Positions 1 to 12,946 of a stretch of 64,000 nt of DNA are shown here, one piece after another (the stretch's first letter is position 1; every line of letters begins with the position of its first letter). The notes under the pieces were generated by a model. The model searched no databases. It saw only the letters and a list, made by a program, of their open reading frames with translations, and had not been told where the DNA came from. This DNA is from Takakia lepidozioides. Its lineage: Eukaryota > Plantae > Bryophyta. Location of the stretch: assembly GCA_030704615.1 (NCBI GenBank), contig CM060732.1, forward strand, positions 35,030,001 to 35,094,000, in the 5' to 3' direction. A program made the position numbers and the translations under genes.

Positions 1-1595
1 GTATTGGCTGTGAATAGCCTACTCTCCGGATTTTCTCTCTCCAGCAGTAGTACAGTATTTTCTGCCAAAAATCTGTCTGCTTGGGTCTTAGTCTCCTGAA
101 GCACTACTTCCTCCTCTATGTTTCTGGATCTCTCCCTCTCTGCATCAAGATCTGCCTGTACATTTTGTATCTCCATCCTCTGTCTTTGTCATTTTTGCTC
201 TCATTCATCACGATTGCGTATTAGAGTGTTGTACTGGTCGAGCATGTGAGTATGTTGATTTTCCAATGCCGCAATTGTAACCTCATGGTTACAATTGGTT
301 CGTGCTGTTGTCAATTCCCTCTGATGTTTTTCCTTAAGGTGTTCCATAATCATGGTAAGACTCTCCGAGCTTATGTAATCTTTGGCCCTGTTCATCTGGA
401 TTGTTGCCTGGCTCAAGGCGTTGATTGCCTGGAGAATTGCATTGCCTGGTGCTTCCTCCAATTCAGTATCCCATGCTATTGTGTCTAAAACTTGTTGTTG
501 TTAGAGTAATAATTCCAAATTGGAAGTATTCTCTTGCTGCTGCTGCCCTTGTGTTGCCTGCACCGCCTGCTGGTGTTGCACGACTATGGCTCAGGCTTCT
601 GTTGCTGGTTGTGCGACCTCTGCAGGTGTGACTTGTTGGACTCCTATGCTGGCTGTGATAATCTCCATAGGTGTTGCTTCATTGGCCTGCTGTTTGTTCT
701 CTGCTGGCTGTTGATATTCTCCTTCTGGCTGTTGATTCTCTCATTGTCTATGTAACGTAGAGTCGGTCGTGGAGTTAAAGAAATCTTCACCCATTCTGCT
801 TGTTGTGGCTTTGTTGATTCAGGCTCTCTTTGCAAGTCCGCCCTCTTCCTCCAACTGTTGTTCTTCCTCCTCTTGCCCTGCTGCTGTCTTGCTTTCATCC
901 TCCTCTAATGTATCCGCCCGCTGCATGACTCCTAATGCTGCTTGCTCCTTTGGAGTCAATTGCATGGTGTGTCGGATCATTTGCAAAAGTAGAGGAGTTA
1001 CCATGGTGGTTGTTGGCTGGTTTTTCTTCTTTGTCAGTCAAGTTAGTTCTTGGATCAGCTTTTTTAGTAAAAAGCCTGCCCAATTCACAATCTGGCCGTT
1101 GAGACAACTCAACACCTGGTCAAGCAGTTCGTTGGTGCAATAGCTCTGGTTTTGCCTAAGGCAAAGCAATGTGCTAAGCACTGGGTTTATCTTCTGGAAG
1201 CCCGGGTTTTTGCTCATGCTACATGTGTAACCCTGATCTGTTTGCGTAAGGTCTTGGAACAGATCCGTGATGGTAAACCTCGGTGGTTTGCTGTTGTTTG
1301 CGGGGGCGTCTTGACTGGGTAGATGAAACACTTCTGCTAGGTACTGCTCCGTCAGTAGTATCTGCGTGCTGCGAACGTTGGTAGTTCGAGTATTATTGTT
1401 GTAATTTTCCAAGAACTCCCTGCACAGCTTGTCATGCTTCAAGTTCCAATCCAGGGTATTGATGAAATATTGTAGGCCAAGACTGTCGAGTATCTCTTGT
1501 GTGTCCACGTCCTGCTTGATTCTCCTAAAGGCGGAGTTGATCTTGAATCCCACCTGCGCATAAGGACTTGGTGTCTTCCGCTTAGTGCCTGCCAT
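1..1595 (-). pseudogene. Broken additional ORF downstream of Ty3/Gypsy integrase (Athila/Tat-type extra ORF with coiled-coil C-terminus); runs off the window edge
   Basis: ATG at 1595 (MAGTKRKTPSP...LCREFLENY...VRSTQILLTEQYLAEVFHLP) resembles plant retrotransposon accessory ORFs. It continues through stops/frameshifts into E/K/Q-rich helical segments (ORFs 819-1004, 201-461). Same strand as, and just 3' of, the integrase. Confidence 0.55.
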
Positions 1596-2097
1596 TTCCC
1601 TTAGTCTTGCTCTTGTCGTGAGGAATTGAATCACCAATTCCTGTAACAGCAACAGTAAAGCACACTGGAATTTGTGTATACAGCAATTTCCAGATTGCAG
1701 AAGAGAAAGTGTAGAAGGTATTTCGGGGTTTAAGTAAGGGTTCTGTCTTTTGGGTTTTCGTTTCCTCTTCCCGAGAAGTTTCCGCGGAGGTGATTCCGAT
1801 GAGCTGTCCTTTTGGTTTTAAAGCGCAGTTAGCTTTAATTGCCGGTCTGGCGCTTACCAAGAAGCACTTAGTTTTTGGTAACGGTTGTGGGTGAATTTCA
1901 TCCATTCTTTAGATGATTTTGCCTTTCTTTCTTCGGTGTTTTCGTCGGGCTTCATCCTGGTCTTGGATGACAATCGTTGATAATTGTCTGGATGATCTTG
2001 CTTGTGGTTCATCCGTCTTGGATGAACTAGGTAAATGATCTGTTTTTAGATGTGGCGCGTGTGTGTAGTACTTGTACATTGGCTTAATTGTTTTACC

Positions 2098-3340
2098 CTA
2101 ATCGTCAGCCGTCTTTTGACAATCCATTGGATTGCGCCGTCGTTCTCGCTCCATCTGATGAGTGTTAGATCGTGATGTACTGTTGTCACAGTCGGTGAAT
2201 TCATCTGGTTCGTTCATATCAGAGTTTAACACGATGAGTGACTCGTTGGCTGCTTCGTATTCGTTCATGGTGTTGTAGGGCATGTGTGATGGCCACGGCT
2301 CTCCATACGGTATACGTGGTGGTAGTGCCGACATCCAAATTAGTGGTGGTCTAAATGTAGCGGTGCCCTGAACTCGTACTGCCACCTGTCGTAGTACATG
2401 CTGATTCACCGTGTCGTGATGAATGTAGTATGCACTAGCGATTTCACGTTCTTCATCTGCGGTTTGGTCTTCCTCGTTGGCGTATAAGTCATGTATGAGG
2501 GCTCTGTCATGTATCCCTTTGTAGCCCTTTAACTTGTTGATATTCATTCGTCCCACGAACTCTTGTTCCAAAGTCTGCAAATCAACAGTTCCGTTGTTAT
2601 GTACCTTTTTTATTTGAAACGGTCCCATCCATGGCATTTTCAATTTGCCTCCCAGTTTGATCTTTTTGATCTTTGGTAGCCATAAGACAATTTCTCCATC
2701 TTGGAAAGATTTTACTTTCCCTTCTGATACTCTTTTTTTCCACTGCTCTTGAATTTGTGCCATATTATCTGCAACGTCTGCTCGAACTTCTTCCAAGTGG
2801 AACAATTCATGTTCCCTGACTCGTAGTGATTCCTCTAAACCCCATCGTTCATGAGTCAGGTTCTTAATGTGGGTACCATACACTCAATTGGTAGTAGTGC
2901 TTCTGCTCCATACACCAGTTGAAATGGTGTATGTTTCGTGGTCACCTTGTATGATGTCCTAAATGCCCATAGTGTCGTGTTCATCTTGGTATCCCAATCT
3001 GTGCGATTGGCATTTATTGTCTTTGTCAAGATAATGCATAATATTTTGTTTGTAGATTCTGCTTGGCCATTACCCTGAGGGTAATAAGCGGTACTCTTGT
3101 GGTGCACAATCATGAATTCTTCCGTCAGACATTTTATGGTATCATTCATAAAATGTGAACCTTGATCACTGACAAACGTCTCCAGTGGGCAACCGAATCG
3201 TGTGATTATGTTCTCATATAAGAACTTGGCTGTTGACTTGGCAGTGTTGTCTCTTAATGCCTTGGCCTCTACCCAATTGGTAGTGTAATCAGTGGTTGTG
3301 AGAATGTATTGGTTATGTGTATATCTTGCTGGAGGTTTCA
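2098..3340 (-). mobile_element. Ty3/Gypsy integrase core and C-terminus, frameshifted and 5'-truncated
   Basis: YILTTTDYTTNWVEAKAL, FVSDQGSHF, AYYPQGNGQAESTNK (D,E of DDE), TPFQLVYG, then WMGPFQI (GPY/F motif). Frameshift near 2870. Confidence 0.9.
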
Positions 3341-3351
3341 TGGTAGGGGTG

Positions 3352-4072
3352 TGTCGCGACCCTTTGCCAAGTGAGGGCGAGGGGTTGGGACACGAGAGGG
3401 GCTGCCCCTGTGGTGGGGGCAGTAGCAGCAATAGGAAAGGGGGCTGAAGCACCCTTGAGGGCCAAAGGCGCTCAAGGGAGCAGAGGCACTCACTAGGGGA
3501 GCCCCGCAAGCCGAGTTGCGGTGGGGGCTCCATGTGGGGGTGGGGGTAGCTTAGGGAGTCGTAGTGGGGGTGGCATAGGACTCGCCATGGGGCTGAGGCC
3601 TTGTGGTGGGAATCGTGGGGAGTCTTGGGGCTCACCATGGTTCATTGGGGCCGTGGTGGGTGGGCCAAGACTCACCGCAACTCATCACAGGGAATCGAGG
3701 GTTGTGGTGGTGGTTCACCATAAAAGGACTTGGTTGTTTGTGAGACCTCTACTGACACCTATGTACAGAAGTATATATATGGAGTAGTAACCCCGAGAAC
3801 GGTGCAAGCCCGTTATGTGACAAAATGCTAGTGGGTAAGCAAGCGAAAAGCAACCAAGGTGTGGGGAGCTATTCCGGACTGCCAACAACCAAAGGGAATT
3901 TCCACCCGATCTGTCGAGGGCCTGGTGGGGGAAGCGAGGGGGACCGTTATGCCCCGGTGAGCGGCTAAAGCTCTGAGTTGGCCCGGCGGTCAGTTTGGGA
4001 GTTAGGCGCGCGCATCAAAGCTAGTAACTATTACTTAAAGGGTCGGGAGCTACCAAAGTGAGGTGCGCGACA
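3352..4072 (+). repeat. Gypsy LTR (3' LTR with PPT remnant), same family as the element at 26965-33321
   Basis: Starts TGTCGCG and ends CGCGACA (terminal inverted repeat). Preceded by PPT-like GGTAGGGGTG (3342-3351). Aligns along its length with 26965-27644. Confidence 0.9.
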
Positions 4073-4259
4073 CCTTCCTAGAGCTCTACACTTTCACCAA
4101 TTTTTATCTCATATGCTGGACACCTGGTTCTGGTTACTCCAGATACCAAGCTGCCATTTGTATCACTCCTCTGCTCTTCACTTTTCTGGATGACTACACA
4201 AACAAGGAGTCGATGTCCTCATCAATTTGTTCTTTTTTGTGGAAACTAACATCCAAGTT

Positions 4260-4350
4260 GTGGCGTGTGCCAGCTTAGGAGCCCTGGAAAAGGGCAAAGA
4301 GGTCCATGTGGATATCATGAAAGGTGGAGGGTTGTTTTCCACCATGATGC
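4260..4350 (+). pseudogene. PLS-class PPR motif fragment
   Basis: ACASLGALEKGKEVHVDIMKGG matches the typical PPR L-motif pattern (ACxxLGALExGKxVH). No flanking PPR motifs. Confidence 0.55.
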
Positions 4351-5650
4351 CTACATCTTTGATGTTAGACAAAGAGATAAGAAGATTTGGGAAGAATTCC
4401 TTGAGGATATCATGAGTGACTTTTAAAGTGAGCTCACACTTTTTTTCTACCCCAATGTGGACTTGATCTCCACCCAAATCTAGCTATAATCCATGAACTG
4501 TCTGTTCAGATGCAAATTATTTTTTTGGCTAATGAAAGCATTGGGGGTCGGCAATAACATAAGGAGTTGGAAAGCAATTGAGGCCAAAATTGGGAAATTT
4601 GAGATAATCAAAACAATGTCGCTTAGATGTAATATGTGCCGAGGTGGACCAAAAACTTAGCGTCTCATTTAACTGCAAATTAGGCCAACTACGTAGTACG
4701 CTCATAATATCATTGAGTTTAGCCACTGGAGAGAATCATTGTAGCTTATGAAATCTGTGATAAAGAAATACATCTTTGCTTCCAAAAGGTTAGAGCATAT
4801 ACACTCTGATCATCCTCGATGTAATCATGAAATGAAATTTTGAATTGTCTTCATTGGAACATACATTGTTTAGTTCATCATAGCATTAAGGGGGGTGGTT
4901 TCCAAGGAAAGAGATCATTAAATTTGACAATTTTAGTACTCAATTGTATTTTTGATATCATAGATAAGGGCCTTCAATATAACCAAATTATTTGGAGGTA
5001 TTAATTAAATTGACAAGAATTGTGACAATAGACATGACCAAAGATTGTAGAATGGCCTAGCAAATAAGCAGCATGTACAAAATGGTAGAGGCAAGATTCT
5101 AAGGTTTATGACTAGCTGGCATTGCCTAAAGTGCTGTAGCCAAGCTTATGCTACTTCACTCAATTGAAGCATATAGTTTGCGAGTTTGTGAGCCTATTGG
5201 TTAGCGTGAATGACCATGCAAGATGTACATCTCATTCATTTCCACAACGATTCAAACAAAAGACAATACCTCGTTCCCATATTGATTTTGATTGGGTTGA
5301 CAAGAACCATGCTGCCCAACCAATCACCTCAACCGACTCTATTTTGGAAGCTTTTGAGCTAGAGATCAAAGATGTAGAGATCAACTTGTGCTCGCATTGT
5401 CTTCGTCCTCATCTGAGTCATGTACTTCTATCACTCATTTCACCTACTTCCAAACATTTGACCAAACAATATTGTTGGGTTTTTATCTAAGAATCCGTGT
5501 GTACATGACCGTATATATATCATAGTTGACGTAAAAGCAAGGTGAAAAGGGGTCGTAATGTTGGGGAAAGCCATAGGGAGTGGGCATTAAAAGTCTCATA
5601 TTTCAAAAGGTCTATGTTTTGCATGGAGAGTCGCTAGGCAAAGAGCTGAC

Positions 5651-7886
5651 CTCAGGCACATAATGCGTTAGCATATTCTCAATGCCAGATTTAAGAGTAA
5701 CTGCTGAGCTGGGGCATCCACTGCAAGCACCTTGCATTTTCAGCTTCACTATACCCGTGTTTCTGTACCACAAGCCACCTCTTAACAAGAGGATGAGTAC
5801 ACAAGAGCAAGTGGCCGAGCACAAATAATATTTGGCTGATTTCACCTCTCTTATCACACTAACAACCACATCTTCATTGGCATACAATAAAGAGCAAAAA
5901 TCACCATACATCCTACACATATAGACACTTGTATTTTACGATATGCATGTGGAGGTTCATGTATATCAATGTTGAAGAGAGCTTGCACCATGATGTAGTT
6001 CCATATGTTTAAGTGTCACCATGGATGACAACCTGTAAGCGCAACCTACCCTATGATGATACTTTTAAGATTCCTTCATAGCATTCTTGCAAAAAATGGC
6101 CAAATCAAAATAGAATTTAATCGAGGTCAAGGCAGACAGACTTACGCATCAAAGCCCATGTACTCAATGTCACCACCATCATCTTGCACAGCAGGCCGAA
6201 CTCGTGTCTCCAATATTTCATTAATCATTGCCACCGTTTCATCATCATCCTACACCAAATATCCAAGATCTTCCCTAATCAGTACCTTGGCCACTTCATC
6301 ACAGGTAATTGCAGCCCTTAAAGATTGAAATAAATATTTATTAAAAAATCTAGCACTAGGTCTTGTCAACTCATGTCCAAATCAAACAATCCAGACTTAT
6401 GATACATAACTTTTCTCACTACTTGAGAAAAAAAAGGATAGAACAACAAAAAATACTTATGATGTCGCCTATGGATGTTGCCTTGTCATAGCCTTATGGC
6501 CATTGATTTGGCGAGAAACTAACCCTCTCATAGTCTTTTGTGGGGTTTGCACCCACCATAGTTCAGAAAGAGAGAGAGAGAGAGAGAGAGCTGATGTGCC
6601 ATTCACTGCTAAAGTTTGGTTAGGAATAGGTGGGGCTGTCTTTTGAAGGGCCACAAAGCTAAATCCGTTCTAGCTTGCAACAGATGTGACACATATAGCT
6701 ATGGCATGGCATTAAAAGAGACTACAGAAAAAAAGAAGATAAAGAGTTGGGACGTGAGCAATTTGTCAATATGAGGTATCTTATTGATGAGATGAAAAAT
6801 TATACCACGTTGATATCTGTGTTAGAGACTTGGGAGTTGGCATCATAAAAGAGAGGTTGTTGATTGGAGTAGAAATCCATAATTATGGTAAAAATCTTAG
6901 GTTTCAGAACGTCCCATGAAACTTCTTCTGCCTTTGTGATTGTCACAAACTCAGCTCCAAAGAACACCCGTGTGACACCTGTGGTGGTGCAATGATTATA
7001 GCACTACACTTCCATTGTAAAAGCCAACTCGCACCAATTAAGTATCATATCAAGAGGCTGCTGTTATTTTCTCAAAACTCATGGGTTGTTGTACAACTTT
7101 ACACTACATATTAGCATGCACATGGCCACTAATACTTATCTTTGTTGGATCCTTGATAATCTTGCAGTTTCACTGATGTATCCAGACAAAAGAAGAAAGA
7201 TGACATCATTAATCATGGGAACAAAGTTTGCACTTACCATCTATGCCAAAAAGAGCCTTTGCTAGAGGAGATTGCATTGCAACACGTGCATTTGGAAAGT
7301 CGGAGCTGCCAGCCCCCATAACTGGTTTTCCCGGGTTGAACACGAGGGAATGAGGATTGGGCGTGGATAAAGTTTGTATGAACATCCTCCCTGCCGCACA
7401 TGGCTAGTATCCACCTTCGCCCAACACCCAATTTAGCTTCACCGCTAGAATTTAATTCTTGAATTAGATAGTCCATTAATTGGGTATCTCCCAGGATTGA
7501 GTGTATTGCCACTGGAATTGCACCATATAATGATGCAACAATAGTTCAAGATAGAATAGCTCAATTACACACTCCTTAAAAATGGACTACTTTCGCTGGA
7601 GATATGCAATCATAAATATCACCTATCAAATGTTTCCCAATTGACAAAGAAGGAGAATGACTAACTCACCGCTTGAATGAAGCACCAATGACAGCAGAGA
7701 AGGCAAGGGTGGAATCCTGCTCAAAGAAGACCAACCGTGCACAGTTCCGCCATCTCGAGCTGCAACATATACCTCTTTGCTTGCAGCAATTGCAAGCCAC
7801 CTTTGAGGAACGAATGACATATGAACATAAACTCTTAAGCCCAACATTTTGTGAAGAATCCGAGTTGCTCGCACTACTCTTGCCAT
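5651..7886 (-). pseudogene. NFU: NifU-like mitochondrial Fe-S scaffold (NFU1/NFU4-5 type), multi-exon, probably degenerate
   Basis: GT-AG exons 7886-7670 (transit-peptide-like MARVVRATR), about 7444-7238 ([22 protein letters not shown]...[11 protein letters not shown]), 6978-6806 (GVTRVFFGAEFVTITK...WDVLKP), 6249-6146 ([30 protein letters not shown]), 5762-5651 ([26 protein letters not shown], CxxC intact). The phase-compatible exon 2 contains an in-frame TAG (7404-7406). Terminal exon not found. Confidence 0.85.
6569..6590. repeat. (AG)11 microsatellite in NFU intron
   Basis: Direct read. Confidence 0.95.
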
Positions 7887-9999
7887 CTTAGGCCTCAAAT
7901 TGGATTTTGCAATAACAAAGCCCAAATCCAACCACAAAATGAATATGCTACTTGCAAAAGTACTGCAAAAGTACTGTTTAATACCACACATATAACAGCC
8001 CTAAAACAAAATTGATTTGTCCAACCCGGAAATGTAACAAATTTATGAAAGAGGTATCAGATCATATCTGTGACACTGAATACCAATGCTCAGATGTTTT
8101 GTGTGGACACTTATCAACTCTCTCATAAACCTCTATCTTGATATATAAGAGATTCAAGGTGTGATAATTAGTCAAGCACACTTTAGAGGATAAAATGATA
8201 GTGACGATTATAGCTTCTAAAAGGTAAAATATGTATTATCTGGTCAATAATCACCATTGTTTGATATCTGTTAAACTGCAGCCTTGACTTCTGGCTACCA
8301 TTCAGAGCAACTGTGGGATCAGAGAGAGGGGTCTATGAAGGCCTATGAGGAGGGAATGAAACCTCCCTTCCGTTCTTCTTACTTTCCTCCCATGCGTTCC
8401 GTCTTTTCCTGCCCCTCTTGATTCCCACCATGACCCTGGAAACCAGTTTCCCTTCACTTCCCATCTTCATTTTCCCTCTACGGTTCATACATTTTCCTAA
8501 AAGATGCATTACTTCATGGGAATGAGGAAGTTCCCTTCGACACCGGGGTCCAGAAAGGGGATAACCTCATATTTCCCCTTTTTGCTAAAGAGGGAAAAAG
8601 TTAAAAGCTCCTTGTGTTATAAGTCACATCCATTGAGATCAAATCCGATCTGTTAAACCACCAAAGCTAAATTTGCCAGTAGATTTATAAAAGTGTTGCT
8701 CACTAGGTTTGAAAAATCTCAGCTGTTCATTACAACTAGTGTATATTCTGTTGGATTTTTATCTATGAAAGATGGGTTTGTCAGATATTGCATGCCCATT
8801 TCAATTTTGTGCTGATCGGATACTAGCTCCAAGCTTGCTAGCAACTTCATTAATCATCTTTTCCATGCCAGTCTTAATCATACAAAACAGATTCTTCAAG
8901 TCTTTTACATGTGATGTAGGTCAGTTATTAGCCCGGATTCCATTAGTCATCAGTGGGATTTTCATCCGTACTAGAAGTCCAATGAAGGCGGAGTTTTTTT
9001 TTTTCCAATCTGTCTGACAAAGTTGCCCGGACACATGAAAAAACCTTATCAAAGGATTTTGATCGGAAATATAAAAAGAACTCCAATTGAATTTCATCTT
9101 TAGCTACCGAAGATGCCAACAGTCTATTTTTCAAATGATTTGAAGAACTCCATTAATGCAATAATATTCATAACCACAACTTAACAGGCAACCGCTAATT
9201 GAACGGGGTATCTTCGGCAACCAAAGATGCACCAAAATATTGATGTGCCATACACAATTCAGCCACCATTAGGCTATTTTAGGTTCCATAAATATCCAAT
9301 GAATATCCTATACCAATTAACCTTGGCTCCTTCATCCTTCTTAGTTTTGCAAGAAAAGGGTGCAAAGAATGGAACCTTGATATGCGGTTCGGCTCACAAC
9401 CCCTTGGGCCTTGCCCCAAGTTACGTATCTTGAAATTATGCTTTTATTTTGGTTCACCCTTCTATGTCTATTGTTCTTTTCTATACCTCTTTATTTTATC
9501 AATGTTTGAAATTATTAATTTTCTTATCTATTTCAACCTCTCCCAATCTGCCAAATATGTCACAACTTTCAGATTTGTAGATTCATACGTTGTATTTTTT
9601 CCCCTTCCGTTTTTTTCTATTGTGTAGCCCACCTCTTTCTATCTCTTCTAAGACTCTCTCTATCCCTTGACACATTAAATGTCTCTAACAATCTCTTCTG
9701 ACCTCTCTTCTCTAGTATCACGTGCCTTGTATCTTTTCACTCTTTCAGCTCTTTCTCTATTCTTTAGCCTCTACTCTTTGGCACACTCTAAGAAGATCAT
9801 AATTTGTCTCTCCTCGTTAGCATAGTGAACATTAGGAGTTGTCAAATAAGGTCTGTTTTATTTGTATTTTGGAGGATTTTTTTTGGTTTAATTGTTGTAG
9901 ATTGAAATACAAGTTCATTGCTTTTGTTAACATTTGCAAAGGAGATATATTCTAGATATTGTAGTTGTCCATACATTTGTGATAGTAAAGTTAGTGACA

Positions 10000-11277
10000 A
10001 TTGCGAGACCACGAGCAAAACCTACAAGCCGGCGACGAGGACCTTCAAAGGCCTCGTCGTCTAGGTCAAGATCAAAAGCTAAGAAAACAAAAAAAATAAT
10101 GAAGAAACGAAAAGATGAAAGACGTCCTAAACGGGCGTTGGCACCCTACATGTACTTCTGCAAAGAACAACGTGAGAACATCACCGGAGATAACCCAAAC
10201 ATCACTTTTGGTGATGTTGGTCGTGTTCTTGGTTCCCAATGGACTAGTATGTCTGAAAAAGACAAAAAGGTGAGTCTAATATTGTGCACATTAATTTATG
10301 TTGAAGGTCCCCAACACATTGATTCAACATCTATTTTCCTTCATGAAACTTTCTCTTAGCTTATAAAATCTGGATTGATCAACCAAATATTATGCCTACG
10401 AATTTAAGCCAAAATTCTCTTTATGGTAACTCTAACAATCATTCAAAGATTGAGATTTAAGCTTTATCATGTATAGTATTATTCATATATATAAAATATA
10501 CTGTGAAATCTCAGTAAATCACAATGGCATCAAAGAGTTAGTTGCATCTCGGTGTCACCAATGACTTTTATTATTATTTGTTTTCAATGTCTTTCCTATT
10601 TTGACTATTTATGTATCACATGTTGAGATGCTCTTAGTCACTAGAATATAAATGTTAATTTTACAAATAATATATATAACTATTGAGATTGTTGGGTTAG
10701 TCAAGAAAACCGGCCTATGGAAAATTGTATAAGATAGCCAAGTCTATAATAATGAAATCATGTTACAACAAAGTATTAGTTTACAAGTTGGAACTGACCC
10801 GAAATTTATAAGGTGGTAAACAATGTCTAATAACTTCAACAAACCTATTGTTCAATGTGTAATAGAAGGTAGTAGAAGTCCCATACATACTCTAGCATCC
10901 TTGGACTACAACAATAATAAATGCACATGGTTAGAAATATACACATTATGATCCATCCACACATCTTGCAAAACACTTGTAAATTAGACTATCATACTGG
11001 ACTAGGCTAGTTTAGCACTCCATAGTGGATAGTTTTATGAAACATCAATGTTAGATCGGTTATTGTGGGTATAGTGTTTGCACACTGAAAAGGTTCTTGC
11101 ATCAAGTTCTATAGAGGAATATATCCATGGCCCATTTATATCATTTTGAAATTCATCTCTAACCAAGTTGCTTTAGTTTGATCTTGGTTGGTGGGCATAT
11201 TGTAGCCATATATCAGGAAAGCAGAAGCTGACAAGAAACGGTACGCTAGGGAAATGAAGCGGTACAAGAATAACTAG
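10000..11277 (+). CDS. Small basic single HMG-box protein (NHP6/HMGB-like, Arg/Lys/Ser-rich N-tail, no acidic tail); exons 10000(or 10099)-10269 and 11206-11277
   Basis: PKRALAPYMYFCKEQRENITGDNPNITFGDVGRVLGSQWTSMSEKDKK, donor GTGAGT at 10270, acceptor TTGTAG ending 11205, then PYIRKAEADKKRYAREMKRYKNN* completes the HMG box in phase 0. Start uncertain (ATT at 10000 or ATG at 10099). Confidence 0.9.
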
Positions 11278-11449
11278 CATATCTCCATGGAAAAATTAAA
11301 GAGTATATTTATTCTCTTAATCATAAAGTGTTCATTTATTTCTCAATGTAGTGTAAGAAAAAACTTATTTTCAAAGTGAAATATCGAATAACTTGGTGGT
11401 GTTAATATGTATATTTCTGGATGCCTGACTATATTCAAAGTAATTTAGA

Positions 11450-11475
11450 ATATATATATATATATATATATATAT
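11450..11475. repeat. (AT)n microsatellite
   Basis: Direct read. Confidence 0.95.
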
Positions 11476-12946
11476 CTGTTTCTGAATCCGTGATCTTCAA
11501 TGTCATAACAAAATGATGCAATATTATTTATACCACAAATTTTCAGTAAGATGATTAGCTTTCAGCATGTACATGTAAAATGCTATTATTTGTATACTGT
11601 CTATAAGTTTTAATGGTATTTTAACATCTATATATTCATGATAGTATTCCATTTTAGCGCCTATTATTTTATTGTTGTTTGGTAGCTATTTTGTGATCAT
11701 CTATCTTTTGATACATATGTATGCATAGATATGTCTAATTGCGTAGTTCAAAAGTGATGAACAGTCCTCATCTCTTTCAAAAAGTGACTTGGAGAATCAA
11801 TCGAGTCACTCCCTGAAGTACAATTTACATTATACGAAGGTGTAACCTCAAATCAAACTCAACAATCTAGAAAAACAAAAATTTAAACATTGTTACTGCA
11901 ATGAAAATTATTATTGGGATTAATGGATACGTTAATCATCAAGACAATAAATGCTTCAAATAATTTAATAATTAAATATAATTCGATATTTTTAGTTTAT
12001 CAGTATTGTGACTGATACTGTAAAATCGTGCAAGCGGTTAATATTACTTAAATAACTAGATATGCTACCTATATTCTTTTTATAATGATTACTGAAATAT
12101 TATTCGATTTTAGTAAAGTCAGGCTATGTAAAGTCAGGCTATGTTAAATACATAGTTCATTTTAAATTCTATACTAAGAAGATGTTAATGGTACTTCATA
12201 ACATATGCGACTAATAACCAATCCGTGGCCAAACTTTAGTCTAAATCACGTTGAATTTATATACATATTTATAAAATAAAAATCTTATTGTAGATTTCTA
12301 ATTGGCATATCCAAAGGCTGGTTTATAAGGTGCTTATTTTGAGCACCTTTTGACTTGGTTAATCTGAAGAATATGTTCATGAATTATGATTAGTTATTTC
12401 TAAAAATTGAACTTGGCTTCTATGACAAATTTGTAATATGATCTACAGGCCGGTCTCCATCCCCTTTCTTTACTTAACTAATAAGAAAAAGGAAAAGATT
12501 GATAACTATGTGAATAAAACGTGGACTCTTGTAAATTAATTTTAACTACAGTTGGAGGATGCACACCTTAGAAAACTAATATCAATATCTGACTCCAGTT
12601 CAAGTGTGCTTATTTCAAGTCTTCAGAATCACCTCATTGACATGACAAAGCAAAGCTGAAAAATGTAATATTAAGCATACTATGGAAAACAAACACAGTG
12701 TACAAAATGACATATGTACCATTGGATGCAAATATACAATTCTATTAAAGTTTAGAAAGTTATAAAATTGTCCATATTCTCAATTAAACATATAAAGAGT
12801 AATTATATAAAATTAATTATTGTGTACGAGTAGAATATTACACAATGTAGTTACCAAAATAATTCCATGGTCCTTGTGAATTAATTCCATCACACATAAG
12901 TTAGTAAGAGACTTTTTAATGAAAATTGATAAATTGAGCATATATG

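Noticed and set aside
2856-3638. 260-aa ORF as one protein
   Set aside because: Chimeric: the N-terminal part is antisense LTR sequence and only the part below 3340 is integrase.
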